Origin: Spirochaetia bacterium
GTDB taxonomy: Bacteria > Spirochaetota > Spirochaetia > SZUA-6 > Bin103
NCBI GenBank assembly: GCA_965203905.1
Contig: CBDBDQ010000005.1
Location: 1,856,001 to 1,920,000, forward strand
Direction of reading: 5' to 3'
Length of the DNA stretch: 64,000 bases
Numbering within the stretch: the first letter of the stretch is position 1; the number at the start of each line of letters is the position of its first letter. The notes under the pieces are model-generated. The model made no database searches, was not told where the DNA came from, and was given only the letters and a program-made list of their open reading frames with translations. Shown here in pieces: positions 20,686-34,647 of this stretch. The translations under genes were made by a program, and so were the position numbers.

Positions 20686-23160
20686 ATGAGGTCCCCAGCC
20701 GCACGCGGCACCCGCATCCTGATCGTACAGGATGAGCCCGCTGCAGCCGCCCGCCTGGCTGCGGACCTGGAAGGGCTGGGGCACACGGTGTGCGGCACCG
20801 TGGCGACCGGCTGGCAGGCGGTGGCGCAGGCCGCGGAGCTGTTGCCGGAGCTGGCGCTGGTCGATCTCGGCTGCGACGGCGCCACCGGCGAAGCGGCGGT
20901 GGAGCTGGCGGGTGAGTGCGACGTGCCGGTGCTCTACCTGGTGGGAGACACGCCCGACAGCGTATTGGAGCGGGCCGCGATGAGCGACCCGGCCGGCTAC
21001 CTGGTGCAGCCGTTCACCGCGGATCAGCTTGGATTGCAGATCGCCGCCGCGCGCACGATGCGCGGGCGCGATCGCCGGCTGCAGCGCCGCATCGCCCGGC
21101 TGCAACGGCGCTACGACCTGATGACCGCCGCGTTCGACAGCATCGAAGACGGGGTAGTGGCGGCCGATACCGCCGGCAGCATTCTGCTGACCAACACGAG
21201 CGCGGAACGCCTGTTCGGCACGACACCCGCGCCGCAGCCGCAGTGGCCCGAGGCATACGGCATGTTCCACGCCGATGGCGCAACCCGGCTGCAACCGGAC
21301 GAGGTGCCACTGGTGCGCGCCATGCGCGGCGTACAGGCGGAGGGCTTCGAGATGGTGGTGCGCAATCGGCACCACCCCGATGGGATCGTCACCACCGTCA
21401 GAATGTGCCCGTTGGGAAGCAAGGCGGGCATCGGCGGCGGCGTGGTCGTGATCCGTGACGTCACCAGGGACAGCGCCTCGGAGGCCAGTCTGCGGCGGAC
21501 GGTCGCGGACCTGGGCCGCTCGACGCGCCTCATGGACGCGGTCTTCGCCAACATCGACGACGGCGTGATCGCCTGCGACCCCGATGGCAACTACCTGATC
21601 TTCAATCGCAGCGCGGAGCGCATCATCGGCACCTATATGCCGGACGTGTCGATTGAGCACCGCTCCGAACGCTACGGGCTGTACTTTCCGGACGGCGTCA
21701 CGCTGGTGCCGTCCGAACAACTGCCGCTTACGCGCGCGCTGCGCAACGGCGAGGCAACGGACAACGTGGATATCGTGGTGCACAACGAGCATCGGCCGAA
21801 CGGCGTTCGCATCCGGATCAGCGGGCGACCGGTGGTCGACCGCGCGGGCCACAACCTCGGCGGAGTGATCGTCTTCCGCGACGTGACCTCCCTGCTCCGG
21901 AACGAGGACGAGCTGCGGCGGACGACCAACGAGCTGCAAGCTCAGCGGCGCACCATGCAGACGATCTTCGACAGCATCAGCGACGGAGTGATCGTGGCCA
22001 ACGGGGCCGGCAGGATCACCATGCGCAATCCCAACGCTGAGCGCTTCTTCGGCCCGATGCCGAGCACGCCGCCGATGGCGCAGTGGTCTCTCGTGTATGG
22101 CTGCTACCTCGAGGACGGCACCACCCCAATGCCGGTGGATCAACTGCCGCTGGTGCGAGCCATCCGCGGAGAGTCGATGGACGACGTGGCAATGTTCGTG
22201 CGCAACGAGGGCTTCCCGGACGGCCTGCACCTCAGAGCCAGCGGGCGGCCGCTGGAACACGGCCGGTCGGGCGGGGTGGTGGTGTACCGCGACGTAAGCG
22301 AACGGGTGCGCACGGAGGAAGCGCTGCTGCAGGCGTTCTCGCAGGGCCGGATGGAGGTGCTGGACACGATTCTCCACAACATCGGCAACGCCGTCAGCAG
22401 CGTCGCCGTGGGCACCGGGACCATCCGCGAGGAGCTGCAGGACGACCAGGCGCTGCGCGGGCTGCGCGCCCTGGCGCAGGCGGTGGCCGCGCAGGGCGAC
22501 GACTGGATCGGCTACCTGCAGCACGATCCGCAGGGGCGCCAGGTGCGGCCGTTCATCACCGCGCTCGCCGAGCAGTTCGGCACCCAGCACGATCGCATGC
22601 GGCGCGCCGTGGAGCGGGTCAGCGGGCGGGTGGCGCACATCGTGGACATCATCCGCACGCAGCGCTCGCTCGGCGGGCCGGCGCCGGTGTTCAAGGACCT
22701 CGACCTGCGGCAGACCGTGATCGATGCGGTCAAGGTGCTGCAGGAGTCGCTGAGGCGGCGCGCAATCAAGCTGCAGATCGACTGCGACAGCAGGCCGGTA
22801 ACGGTACGGATCCAGGAGAGCAGGTTCCACCAGATGCTGGTGAACCTGGTGAAGAACGCGATCGAGGCGATCGACGAGCAGGGACCGGGGCAAGGGGGCG
22901 TGGTGCGGATCGCGGCGCAGGTGCAGGGGGAGACGCTGCAGCTGGAGGTCACGGACAATGGCATCGGGCTGGAGCCGGAGCGCTTGCGGACGATCTTCTC
23001 GCCGGGCTACACCACCAAGCCGGAAGGCAGTGGGCTGGGCTTGCACTCGGCCGCGAACTACGTCATCGGATCGGGAGGCAGCATCGAGGCGCTGAGCGAC
23101 GGCATCGGCCACGGCACCACCATGCGCGTCAGGCTGCGCTTGCCGCCGAGCCCAGCGTGA
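20686..23160 (+). CDS. Hybrid sensor kinase: degenerate receiver, 3 PAS, HisKA/HATPase
   Basis: Repeated FDSI.DGV PAS starts, ILHNIGNA, NLVKNAIEA, DNGIG, GSGLGLH. Confidence 0.9.
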   Translation: MRSPAARGTRILIVQDEPAAAARLAADLEGLGHTVCGTVATGWQAVAQAAELLPELALVDLGCDGATGEAAVELAGECDVPVLYLVGDTPDSVLERAAMSDPAGYLVQPFTADQLGLQIAAARTMRGRDRRLQRRIARLQRRYDLMTAAFDSIEDGVVAADTAGSILLTNTSAERLFGTTPAPQPQWPEAYGMFHADGATRLQPDEVPLVRAMRGVQAEGFEMVVRNRHHPDGIVTTVRMCPLGSKAGIGGGVVVIRDVTRDSASEASLRRTVADLGRSTRLMDAVFANIDDGVIACDPDGNYLIFNRSAERIIGTYMPDVSIEHRSERYGLYFPDGVTLVPSEQLPLTRALRNGEATDNVDIVVHNEHRPNGVRIRISGRPVVDRAGHNLGGVIVFRDVTSLLRNEDELRRTTNELQAQRRTMQTIFDSISDGVIVANGAGRITMRNPNAERFFGPMPSTPPMAQWSLVYGCYLEDGTTPMPVDQLPLVRAIRGESMDDVAMFVRNEGFPDGLHLRASGRPLEHGRSGGVVVYRDVSERVRTEEALLQAFSQGRMEVLDTILHNIGNAVSSVAVGTGTIREELQDDQALRGLRALAQAVAAQGDDWIGYLQHDPQGRQVRPFITALAEQFGTQHDRMRRAVERVSGRVAHIVDIIRTQRSLGGPAPVFKDLDLRQTVIDAVKVLQESLRRRAIKLQIDCDSRPVTVRIQESRFHQMLVNLVKNAIEAIDEQGPGQGGVVRIAAQVQGETLQLEVTDNGIGLEPERLRTIFSPGYTTKPEGSGLGLHSAANYVIGSGGSIEALSDGIGHGTTMRVRLRLPPSPA

Positions 23161-25579
23161 GCCCCCGGCTTCTGATCGTTACCGCCGGCGCGGTCGCGGC
23201 GACCACCTTGCAGGAGCAGCTCCAGTATCTCGGTTATCAGGTGTGCGGAACGGTGCACGACCGCCGGGTGGTCTGCGCCCGTGCGGCGGAGCTGCGGCCC
23301 GACCTGGTCCTGATCGACCTGGCGCCCGGCCGTGAGGACGACGCCGGCGCGCTCGCGGCGGAGCTCGGCAGCGGGTTCGACGTTCCCGTGGTGTATCTGC
23401 TCACCGCGGCCGACCACGGCTCCGGCGCGGAGCTCCGGCTGCCCAACCTGTTCGGCCTGCTGCGGTATCCGTGCGGGACCCGCCAACTGCGCCTCACGAT
23501 CGGCGTCGCCCTGGCCCGCCATGGGCGCGAGCGCGGGCTGCACCGGACCATCGCCGAGCTTGAACGACGGCGCCATCTGGCCGCCTACTGCTTCGATTGC
23601 CTGCCGGACGCCTTGCTGCTGACCGGCACCGATGGCCGCCTGCTGCTGGTCAATCAGGTCGCGGCACGGATCGTCAGGGAGGCGTACGGCATATTCCGCG
23701 CCGATCGGGAGACCCCGATTGCGCTGAAGGAGCTGCTGGCCGCGCCGGCGGCCGCCGGCGGCACGATCTTCGTGCGCAGCCAGGACCAGCCGAGCGGCGC
23801 ACTCCTGAGCATCACGGTGAGCCAGCTTACGGACGGCAAGGGTGCCACGCTCGGGCGTGCCGTCATGCTCCGCGACGTGACCCGGCTCGACGAAGTGGAG
23901 GGCGGCGTGCGGCGGGCTGCCAGGGATCTGCAGCGCCAGAGCCGCCTCATGGAAGCCGTGCTGGAGAGCATCAGCGACGGCGTGATCGTGGCGGACCCGG
24001 ACGGCCGCTACGTGATCTACAATCGCAGCGCCAGGCGCATTCAGGGGCCACCCCTGTCCAGTCACGAGTCCGGCACCGCCTCTGGCGCGTACGGGTTCTA
24101 CACCCACGACCAGAGCACGCACGTTCCCGCTGACGAGCTGGCGCTGCCACGGGCGCTGCGCAACGAGGCGACCGCCAACATGGACCTCTACATACGCAAC
24201 CGGCATCGCCCGGAAGGAGCCTGGGTGCAGGTCAGTGGGAACCCGCTGCGAGACCAGTCGGGCGCCGTCCGCGGCGGCGTGATCGTCATCCACGACGTCA
24301 CTGCCGAACGCAGGACCGAGGGCGCACTGCAGCGCATGACCGACGCGCTGCGGTCGCAGACGCGGGCCATGGAGGTCGTGTTCGACAGCATCAGCGACGG
24401 CGTGGTGGCAGCCGATGGAGAGGGGCGCTTCACCCTGTTCAATTCGGCCGCCAGGCGCATGGTCGGCATGGGCATGACGAGTGCGGGCACGGACCGATGG
24501 TCGGAGCAGTACGGCATCTTCTTCGCCGACGGTGAAACCCAGGTGCCGACCGCCGAGTTGCCGCTGGTGAGAGCCATCCGCGGGGAGTCGACGGACGACA
24601 TGGCGCTGTTCGTGCGCAACGAGAGCATCCCGGACGGCGTGTACATCAGTGTCAACGGCCGCCCGCTGCGGGGAGCGCCGCGGGAGGGAGGATCCGAGGA
24701 AGCGAGAGGAGGAGTCATCACGTTTCGCGACGTAACCGAACGGGTGCGCACGGAGGAAGCGCTGTTGCAGGCGTTCTCGCAGGGCCGGATGGAGGTGCTC
24801 GACACGATTCTCCACAGCATCGGGAACGCCATCAACAGCGTCGCCGTGGGCACCGGGACCATCCGCGAGGAGCTGCAGGACGACCAGGCGCTACGCGGGC
24901 TGCGCGCCCTGGCGCAGGCGGTGGCGGCGCAGGGCGACGACTGGATCGGCTACCTGCAGAATGATCCGCAGGGGCGCCAGGTGCGGCCCTTCATCACCGC
25001 GCTCGCCGAGCAGTTCGGCAGCCAGCACGATCGCATGCAGCGCGCCGTGGAGCGGGTCAGCGGGCGGGTGGCGCACATCGTGGACATCATCCGCACGCAA
25101 CGCTCGGCCGGCGGGCCGGCGCCGGTGTTCAAGGACCTCGACCTGCGGCAGACCGTGATCGATGCGGTCAAGGTGCTGCAGGCGTCGCTGAGGCGGCGCG
25201 CAATCGAGCTGCAGATCGACTGCGGCAGCAGGCCGGTGACGGTACGGATCCAGGAGAGCAGGTTCCACCAGATGCTGGTGAACCTGGTGAAGAACGCGAT
25301 CGAGGCGATCGACGAGCAGGGACCGGGGCAAGGGGGCGTGGTGCGGATCGCGGCGCAGGTGCAGGAGGAGACGCTGCAGCTGGAGGTCACGGACAATGGC
25401 ATCGGGCTGGAGCCGGAGCGCTTGCGGACGATCTTCTCGCCGGGCTACACCACCCGCGCGGAGGGCAGTGGGCTGGGGCTGCACTCGGCCGCGAACTACG
25501 TCATCGCATCGGGAGGCAGCATCGAGGCGCTGAGCGACGGCATCGGCCGCGGCACCACCATGCGCGTCAAGCTGCGCTT
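22288..25579 (+). repeat. Near-identical 854-bp direct repeats (22288-23141 and 24726-25579) encoding the kinase cores
   Basis: Direct sequence comparison; few substitutions. Confidence 0.92.
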
Positions 25580-25622
25580 TCCCGCTGTGCCCCGCTCCCA
25601 GCCGGCGCCAGGATCGGCCGTC

Positions 25623-25628
<6 letters not shown>
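23157..25628 (+). CDS. Second hybrid PAS sensor kinase (paralogue)
   Basis: GTG start overlaps the previous stop; same architecture, ILHSIGNA. Confidence 0.88.
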
Positions 25629-27584
<1,956 letters not shown>

Positions 27585-27764
27585 TCCCCGTCCCCGTTAA
27601 ACACCCCTGTATCATATAAAACGGACCATTAACTTTACGTGTGTTTTCCAAGGAATAGAGTAGTATTATCGTAAACAACCGGGGTGGTTCTGCGCCGACC
27701 GTGATGCGCCTGAAAGGACCACAGGCCCGCGTGCTACCAGCGCGCCATGGCGTGAAGAAGTACT

Positions 27765-27837
27765 TGGAGGATAGGGGACTCGAACCCCTGACCTATTGAT
27801 TGCGAACCAATCGCTCTACCACCTGAGCTAATCCCCC
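27765..27837 (-). tRNA. tRNA-Ala(CGC), CCA not encoded
   Basis: GGGGGATTAGCTCAGGTGGTAGAGCG...TTCGCAA...GGTTCGAGTCCCCTATCCTCCA; G3:U70 alanine identity pair. Confidence 0.96.
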
Positions 27838-27889
27838 GTGGACGCGGCGCAGTATGCCATAGATCGCGCCTTACCGCCATACTGTAGCC

Positions 27890-29854
27890 ATGGGTGTTGA
27901 AGAGACGGTGACGCCCGATCTGCCGCGCCTGGTGCGGGAGCTGCCGCGGGCTCCCGGCGTCTACCTGCTCAAGGACCGTCGCGGCCGGGTGCTGTACGTG
28001 GGCAAGTCGAAGAACCTGCGCGCCCGGGTAGGCACCTACTTCAACGCCGCCGGCCCCGGTGGGGCGCGCGACATCAAGACCCACGTGCTGATGAGCAAGG
28101 TGGCGGACTTCGAGGTGATCGTGACCCAGAGCGAGTTCGAGGCGCTGCTGCTGGAGAACTCCCTCATCAAGGACCGCGCCCCGCGCTACAACATCAATCT
28201 CAAGGACGGCAAGTCCTACCCCGTCATCCGCCTGACCAACGAGGAGTACCCCAAGGTATTCCGCACCCGCACCATCGTCCTCGACGGCTCCGAGTACTTC
28301 GGGCCGTTTCCCAAGGTCAACCAGATCGACGTCTATCTCACCCTGATCGACAAGCTGTTTCCCCTGCGCAAGCGCGGCGAAGTGTTCAAGCGCCGCGAGC
28401 AGCCGTGCCTCAATTTTCACATCGGCCGCTGTGCGGCGCCCTGTGTCGGCAACATCGCGGCGCCCGACTACCGGCGGCGGGTGGCCGCGGTGCGCAAGCT
28501 GCTCACCGGGAACAGCGCCGCGCTGATCCGCGAGCTGCGTGCCCTCATGGAGCAGGAGGCCGGCGCGTTGCGCTTCGAGCGGGCGGCGGAGTACCGCGAC
28601 CAGATCCGCGCCATCGGCGAGGTGGTGGAGAGCGAGCAGGACGTGGTCGACTTCTCACGCGAGGCGCGCGACTACGTGGGCTGCCACCGGGACGGCGCGC
28701 ACTACACCGTCACCCTGCTGCCGATCCGCCACGGGGAGCTGCTCGGCAAGGAGCGCTTCCGGCTGACCGACCCGGCGCCGCCGGAGGAGGTGCTGCCGAG
28801 CTTTCTGCTGCAGTACTACGCCGGCATCCAGACCCGGCCGCGCACCGTGTTCCTGCGCCTGCCGGCCGCGGCGGCGGAGCTGCTGCAGCGGGCCCTCGAC
28901 CGTACCCTGCTGGGCGCCGGGGCCGAGGCAGCCGAGGCGGCCGCGGCGGCGGACCCCGCAGCGGCGGTTGCGCAAGCGGCACCAGGCGGCCGGCGGCCGG
29001 CCCGGCTCGCCGTGAAGGTGCCGCAGCGTGGCAAGCACGCGCGCTTCCTGCGCCTGGCGGAGCACAACGCGCGCGTGGACTGGGAGACCGGCGAGCAGCA
29101 GCGCGCCGACCGCGACGCCAGGCTCGGCGCCCTGGAGGCGCTGCGCGATGCCCTGGGCCTGGATGCCGCCCCGCGCCGCATCGAGGCGTTCGACATCTCC
29201 ACCTTGCAGGGCAGCGACACGGTGGCCTCGCTGGTGGTGTTCGTCGACGGGCACCCGGAAAAACAGTCCTACCGCCACTTCAAGCTGCGCACGCTGGGGG
29301 GCCAGGTGGACGACTTCGCGGCCATGCGCGAGGTGATCGCGCGGCGCTACACGCGCGCGGTCAACGACAACCGCCCGCTCCCCGACCTGGTGCTGGTGGA
29401 CGGCGGCAAGGGCCAGGTAAGCGCCGCGGTACGCATCCTGCGGGCGCTGGAGCTGGGCCACGTGCCGGTCGCCGGACTGGCCAAGCGCAACGAGGAGGTG
29501 TTTCTGCCGGGACGTTCCAGCCCGGTGCTCCTGCCCGACGCGTCGCCGGCCCTGCGCGTGCTGCAGAGCGCCCGCGACGAGTCCCACCGCTTCGCCAACG
29601 GCTTCAACCGCCGCCTGCGCAGCAAGCGCATCTCGCTGTCGCTGCTGGAGTCGGTGCACGGCATCGGCCGTGCCCGCAGCCGCCGCCTGCTGGAGGTGTT
29701 CGGCTCGGTGGAGGCGATGCTGGCCGAGTCGCCCCAGACGATCGCCTCGCGGGCCGGGATTACACGCGAAACTGCCGCCACACTCCTCGTCCACCTCGCG
29801 CAACAACGTGATACAGAAGAAGCTGCAGCAGCGGCTCGGTCAGCTCCTGGCTGA
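27890..29854 (+). CDS. uvrC: Excinuclease ABC subunit C
   Basis: PGVY..YVGKSKNLR (GIY-YIG), RIEAFDIS, PDLVLVDGGKGQ, RDESHRFA, HhH. Confidence 0.97.
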   Translation: MGVEETVTPDLPRLVRELPRAPGVYLLKDRRGRVLYVGKSKNLRARVGTYFNAAGPGGARDIKTHVLMSKVADFEVIVTQSEFEALLLENSLIKDRAPRYNINLKDGKSYPVIRLTNEEYPKVFRTRTIVLDGSEYFGPFPKVNQIDVYLTLIDKLFPLRKRGEVFKRREQPCLNFHIGRCAAPCVGNIAAPDYRRRVAAVRKLLTGNSAALIRELRALMEQEAGALRFERAAEYRDQIRAIGEVVESEQDVVDFSREARDYVGCHRDGAHYTVTLLPIRHGELLGKERFRLTDPAPPEEVLPSFLLQYYAGIQTRPRTVFLRLPAAAAELLQRALDRTLLGAGAEAAEAAAAADPAAAVAQAAPGGRRPARLAVKVPQRGKHARFLRLAEHNARVDWETGEQQRADRDARLGALEALRDALGLDAAPRRIEAFDISTLQGSDTVASLVVFVDGHPEKQSYRHFKLRTLGGQVDDFAAMREVIARRYTRAVNDNRPLPDLVLVDGGKGQVSAAVRILRALELGHVPVAGLAKRNEEVFLPGRSSPVLLPDASPALRVLQSARDESHRFANGFNRRLRSKRISLSLLESVHGIGRARSRRLLEVFGSVEAMLAESPQTIASRAGITRETAATLLVHLAQQRDTEEAAAAARSAPG

Positions 29855-30872
29855 GGAGGCGGGCGCGGGCGTCGAACTCCGTCAGCAGGCGGTAGATCGG
29901 CTCCATCTCGGCATCGGAGTAACGGCGGTGCGCCTCCTGGTAGGTGCGCTGCAGGCGTTTGCCGGTAATGCGCAGCTTCTGCAGCGCGGCCGCCTGGGAG
30001 CTGCGTGCGGCCAGCAGCTCCTTGAGCTGCGTCAGGCGCTGAAACTGACTCAGCAGCACGCCGATGATCTGCACCGCATCGCCACGGCGTGACAGCAGCA
30101 GCGTGGTGAGCGTCTCCAGGCTGCCCTGCAGGTCGCGTTCCGCCACCCGGTCGAACAGGGAGAACACGGTCTCTTCCTTGCTGTGGTAGAGGTACTGCTC
30201 GATATCGGGCGCCGCGATGGCGGCGCCCGCCCCGAAGAAGCTGGCCAGGTTGCCGCACAGCGCCTCCAGCGCCGCGACGTCGGCCGGGACCAGCTCCAGA
30301 ATCAGGGCGCAAGCCTCCGCATCGATACGTATCTCCCGGCTGCGGAAATAGTGCACCAGCCAGCCCTGCTTCTCGTTGTCGAACATCTCCCAGAAGATCC
30401 GGGTGCGTTGCTTGGGCACGGCACGGCTGAGGGCGGCCGGCAGGTCACGGGCCATGCCGCCGGTGGCGATGATCAGCGTGCTGGCGGGCGCCGGATCCTC
30501 GCAGTAGGCGACCAGCGCCGCAAGCTGGTTCCCCGCGCGCAGGTCCTGCGCCTCCTGCAGCAGCACGACCCGGTGGGCGACGAACAGCCCCGGCGTGCGC
30601 AGGGTCGCGACCAGGTCGATCAGGTCGGCGTCGTAGGGGAAGGCGCGCAGCATCTCGACCTCGCCGTGGCTGCCTTCCGCGGCGGCCACGATCTGCTCCA
30701 CGAAGGCGCGCTTGCGGCCCGCCTCCGGACCGAGCAGCAGGTGTACGCCGCCGACCAGGCTGCCGCCGGACCCCGCCTGGCCGCGCGCCGAGCCCCGCGC
30801 CCGCGACCGGCCCGCCGCGCGCGGCGCACGCGCCGTACGCGCCGTACCCCGGCGTTCCGGCTCAGCCGCCAC
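29760..30872 (-). CDS. holA: DNA polymerase III delta subunit
   Basis: HLLLGPEAGRK, L.TPGLF..HRVV, IFWEMFDNEK, HSKEETVFSLF; start uncertain. Confidence 0.85.
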   Translation of the reverse strand: MAAEPERRGTARTARAPRAAGRSRARGSARGQAGSGGSLVGGVHLLLGPEAGRKRAFVEQIVAAAEGSHGEVEMLRAFPYDADLIDLVATLRTPGLFVAHRVVLLQEAQDLRAGNQLAALVAYCEDPAPASTLIIATGGMARDLPAALSRAVPKQRTRIFWEMFDNEKQGWLVHYFRSREIRIDAEACALILELVPADVAALEALCGNLASFFGAGAAIAAPDIEQYLYHSKEETVFSLFDRVAERDLQGSLETLTTLLLSRRGDAVQIIGVLLSQFQRLTQLKELLAARSSQAAALQKLRITGKRLQRTYQEAHRRYSDAEMEPIYRLLTEFDARARLLSQELTEPLLQLLLYHVVARGGRGVWRQFRV

Positions 30873-30892
30873 CGCAGCGCGGTGCCGGAGCG

Positions 30893-31498
30893 TCAATAGG
30901 CACGCTGCACCGCCCGCAGCCGGCCGAGGATCCTGAGGTTGCGGGTGAACATGACCGGGTAGGCGGGATTCTCGGCTTGCAGGCGGACCCGGTTGGCTTC
31001 CAGGAAGAACCGTTTGAGAGTCGCCTCCTCGCCGATCATCACCACCACGATGTCGCCGCTGGCGGCGTGCTGCTGGCGCCGGACGATGGCGATGTCGCCG
31101 TCGAGGATGCCGGCGTTCTGCATGCTGTCGCCCTTGACCCGCAGCGCGAAGTGCTCCCCGGACCCGAGCAGCTCTCCGGACATTGCCACCGTGCCCTCGG
31201 GACTGTCCTCCGCAAACACCGGCGTACCGGCCGCAACACTGCCCAGCAGTGGCACCCGCACCAGCTCCTGGAGCCGCTCCGGCGTGCCGTCGTCGAGCAC
31301 CTCCATGGCCCGCGAACGGCCCTCGCTCCAACGCACGAAGCCCTTCTTGCGCAGTGCCTTGAGATGATCGTACGCGCCCCTCAGGGAGATCGCGAAGTGG
31401 CCGGCAAGCTCACGCACCGAGGGCGGGTACTTGTGCTGTTCAACGAACTGATTGATGAACTTCAGCACCTCGCGCTGGCGCATCGTCAAGCCTTTCAT
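30893..31498 (-). CDS. lexA: SOS repressor LexA
   Basis: LT.RQ.EVL, YPPSVREL, VAAG.P cleavage site, GDSM, EATLKR. Confidence 0.96.
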   Translation of the reverse strand: MKGLTMRQREVLKFINQFVEQHKYPPSVRELAGHFAISLRGAYDHLKALRKKGFVRWSEGRSRAMEVLDDGTPERLQELVRVPLLGSVAAGTPVFAEDSPEGTVAMSGELLGSGEHFALRVKGDSMQNAGILDGDIAIVRRQQHAASGDIVVVMIGEEATLKRFFLEANRVRLQAENPAYPVMFTRNLRILGRLRAVQRAY

Positions 31499-31558
31499 GG
31501 CTGCCCGCTCCGTCGCACGTCGGCCATTATGGTGATTGCGCCGGGATCCGCCAAGGGG

Positions 31559-31825
31559 TCACGTATCTTCGAAGCGGCGTGCGAACAACTCTTCCAGGGC
31601 GCCCACGGCGGCGCGTTCATCGCTGCCGTCGGCAATGATCTTGACCGTGGTCTGGTAGGTGGCACCCAACGTAATGATGCCCATGATGGACTTGCCGTTG
31701 ACCCGTTCGTCTCCGCTCTCCAGGAATATGTCGCAGGAGAACGCGCTTGCAGTCTGTACCAGCTTGGCGGCAGGACGGGCATGGATACCCGCCCGATTGA
31801 TAATGAGAACCTCGCGTTCGATCAA
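31559..31825 (-). CDS. ptsH: Phosphocarrier protein HPr
   Basis: GIHARPA, NGKSIMG. Confidence 0.96.
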   Translation of the reverse strand: MIEREVLIINRAGIHARPAAKLVQTASAFSCDIFLESGDERVNGKSIMGIITLGATYQTTVKIIADGSDERAAVGALEELFARRFEDT

Positions 31826-31828
31826 ACG

Positions 31829-32800
<972 letters not shown>

Positions 32801-32826
32801 CGCTGTCCCGGAGCCGCACGGGGGCG

Positions 32827-33153
32827 TCAGCCGCGCGATGCAGCGCGGTGCGGGTCGCCGTGAGAAACCTGGGTGATCCTGTCCTTTTCCTTGGCCACCT
32901 TGGCCTGGATCTTGTCGAACAGCTTGTCGACCGCCTCGATAAGGTCGTAGCCGCTGACCTTGAGATGGGTGGTCGCACCCCACCGAAAGTGGAGCGAAGC
33001 CTCGGCATGAAACAGGCTGCGTTCGCGGGTGAGGGTCAGCGCCAGGTCGACCAGATACTCGCGCGCATAGGTGAAGCGTTGCAGGCGCCGGTCGATGTGC
33101 TGCCGCTGCTGCTTCCCGAGCTCGAAGTGAACCGCTTTTACCTGAAGTTGCAT
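32827..33153 (-). CDS. hpf: Ribosome hibernation factor / sigma54 modulation protein
   Basis: HPF/RaiA-like sequence (DL.EAVDKLFDKI); directly downstream of rpoN. Confidence 0.85.
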   Translation of the reverse strand: MQLQVKAVHFELGKQQRQHIDRRLQRFTYAREYLVDLALTLTRERSLFHAEASLHFRWGATTHLKVSGYDLIEAVDKLFDKIQAKVAKEKDRITQVSHGDPHRAASRG

Positions 33154-33175
33154 ATCGTGGTATCTCCTCGTCTGT

Positions 33176-34552
33176 TCAGGTGCGTCGATAGGAGCTGTCG
33201 ATATCCAGCTCCCGGCGATACTTTGTTACCGTACGGCGCGCGATCTTCACTCCCTTCTCGGCGAGGATCTCGGCGATACGGCTGTCGGATAATGGCTTCT
33301 TGCTGTCGGACAGTGGCTTTCCCGTGACGATCTCGCGCACCATCTCCTTGACGCCCGCTTTCGAAAAGCGGGAACCCTTGGACCCCGCCCCGGAAATCGA
33401 ATTGGTGAAAAAGTAGCGCAGCTCGAAGACTCCGAACTCGGTCTGCACGTACTTGCCATTGGCCAGGCGCGACACGGTGGCCTCGTGAACCCCGACCTCG
33501 GCGGCGACATCCTTGAGCGTGAGCGGCACCAGGTACTTGGGTCCGCGGCGAAAGAACTCGCGCTGAACCTCCACCACCGCGCGCGTGACATTGAGCAGGG
33601 AGCGGTTGCGCTCATCGATGGTGCGCATGAACCAACGCGCATCCTGCAGGTTGTGATTGACGAACTTCCTCAGTTCGCGATCGGGGCTGCCGCGGCTCAA
33701 CTCCTCGAAGAACCGGCTGACTCCCAGCACCGGGATCTGTTCGTCATTGAGCAGCAGGCGGAGCTCGCCGTCGACCTGCCGCACGATGACGTCGGGGCTC
33801 ACGTAGCGCACCTGCTCGGAGCTGTAGTTGCGCCCGGGAATCGGGTCCAGCCCGCGCACGTAGTCGAGGATGGAGCGCACTTCCCGTTCCGAGATCGCCA
33901 TGACGCGCGCGATCTCCCCGATCTTGCCGCGCTCCGCCAGGTCCATGTGGTTGCGCACCAGCTCGGCGCTGCCCGGCTCCGGATGCGGGTGCACGCGGAT
34001 CTGGGCCAGCAACGAGTCGGTGAAGTCGCGGGTGCAGCAACCGGGTGGATCGAACCCCTGGATCAGCTCCATCAGCTTTCTCAGCCGTTCCGGCGGGGCA
34101 GCCCGATCCAGGGCTTCCGGCGCCTCCAGCATGAACCCGTTGTCGTCCAGGTTGCGGACCAGCAGCTCGCCGAGCAGGAACTCCTGTGCCGTGAGAGGCT
34201 GCAGCCGAAGTTGCCACAGCAGGTGCTCCTGCAGCGTCTCCGGCCGCGACAGGGCCCCCTCCAGGAATCCGCGCTTGGTGTCGTCGGAGCCGCCGCCGCT
34301 GCCGCCGTTCAGAAAGCCCGAATCGGAGGACTCGGCGAACACGCTCTCTTCCTCGCTGCCGTCCGGGGCCGCGTCCAGCGACGCGGTGGAGTTGTCCTCC
34401 AGCACCTCCAGCGCCGGATTGCGCTCCAGCTCCTCCTGGATGGTGACCTGCAGGTCCTGCAGCGGCATCGCCATCATGCGGATCGCCTGGTAGAGCTGCG
34501 GGGTCATTTTGAGACGCTGCTCCTGGCGCAGAACGGGCCGTTGCGACAACAT
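33176..34552 (-). CDS. rpoN: RNA polymerase sigma-54 factor
   Basis: MTPQLYQAI, ELERNPALE, HEATVSR, ARRTVTKYR (RpoN box). Confidence 0.97.
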   Translation of the reverse strand: MLSQRPVLRQEQRLKMTPQLYQAIRMMAMPLQDLQVTIQEELERNPALEVLEDNSTASLDAAPDGSEEESVFAESSDSGFLNGGSGGGSDDTKRGFLEGALSRPETLQEHLLWQLRLQPLTAQEFLLGELLVRNLDDNGFMLEAPEALDRAAPPERLRKLMELIQGFDPPGCCTRDFTDSLLAQIRVHPHPEPGSAELVRNHMDLAERGKIGEIARVMAISEREVRSILDYVRGLDPIPGRNYSSEQVRYVSPDVIVRQVDGELRLLLNDEQIPVLGVSRFFEELSRGSPDRELRKFVNHNLQDARWFMRTIDERNRSLLNVTRAVVEVQREFFRRGPKYLVPLTLKDVAAEVGVHEATVSRLANGKYVQTEFGVFELRYFFTNSISGAGSKGSRFSKAGVKEMVREIVTGKPLSDSKKPLSDSRIAEILAEKGVKIARRTVTKYRRELDIDSSYRRT

Positions 34553-34647
34553 GGCGTGCCCGCATGGTGGGTGAGGGGGCCCCGTTTGTCAACGAGAAAC
34601 GGGTCTGGCGGAGGCGCCGGCGCCGCCCCCGCGCGGCGCCGCTGCCG

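Noticed and set aside
22083-23156. 1181-aa ORF call for kinase 2
   Set aside because: The first ~358 aa are an off-frame read of kinase 1; the real start is GTG 23157.
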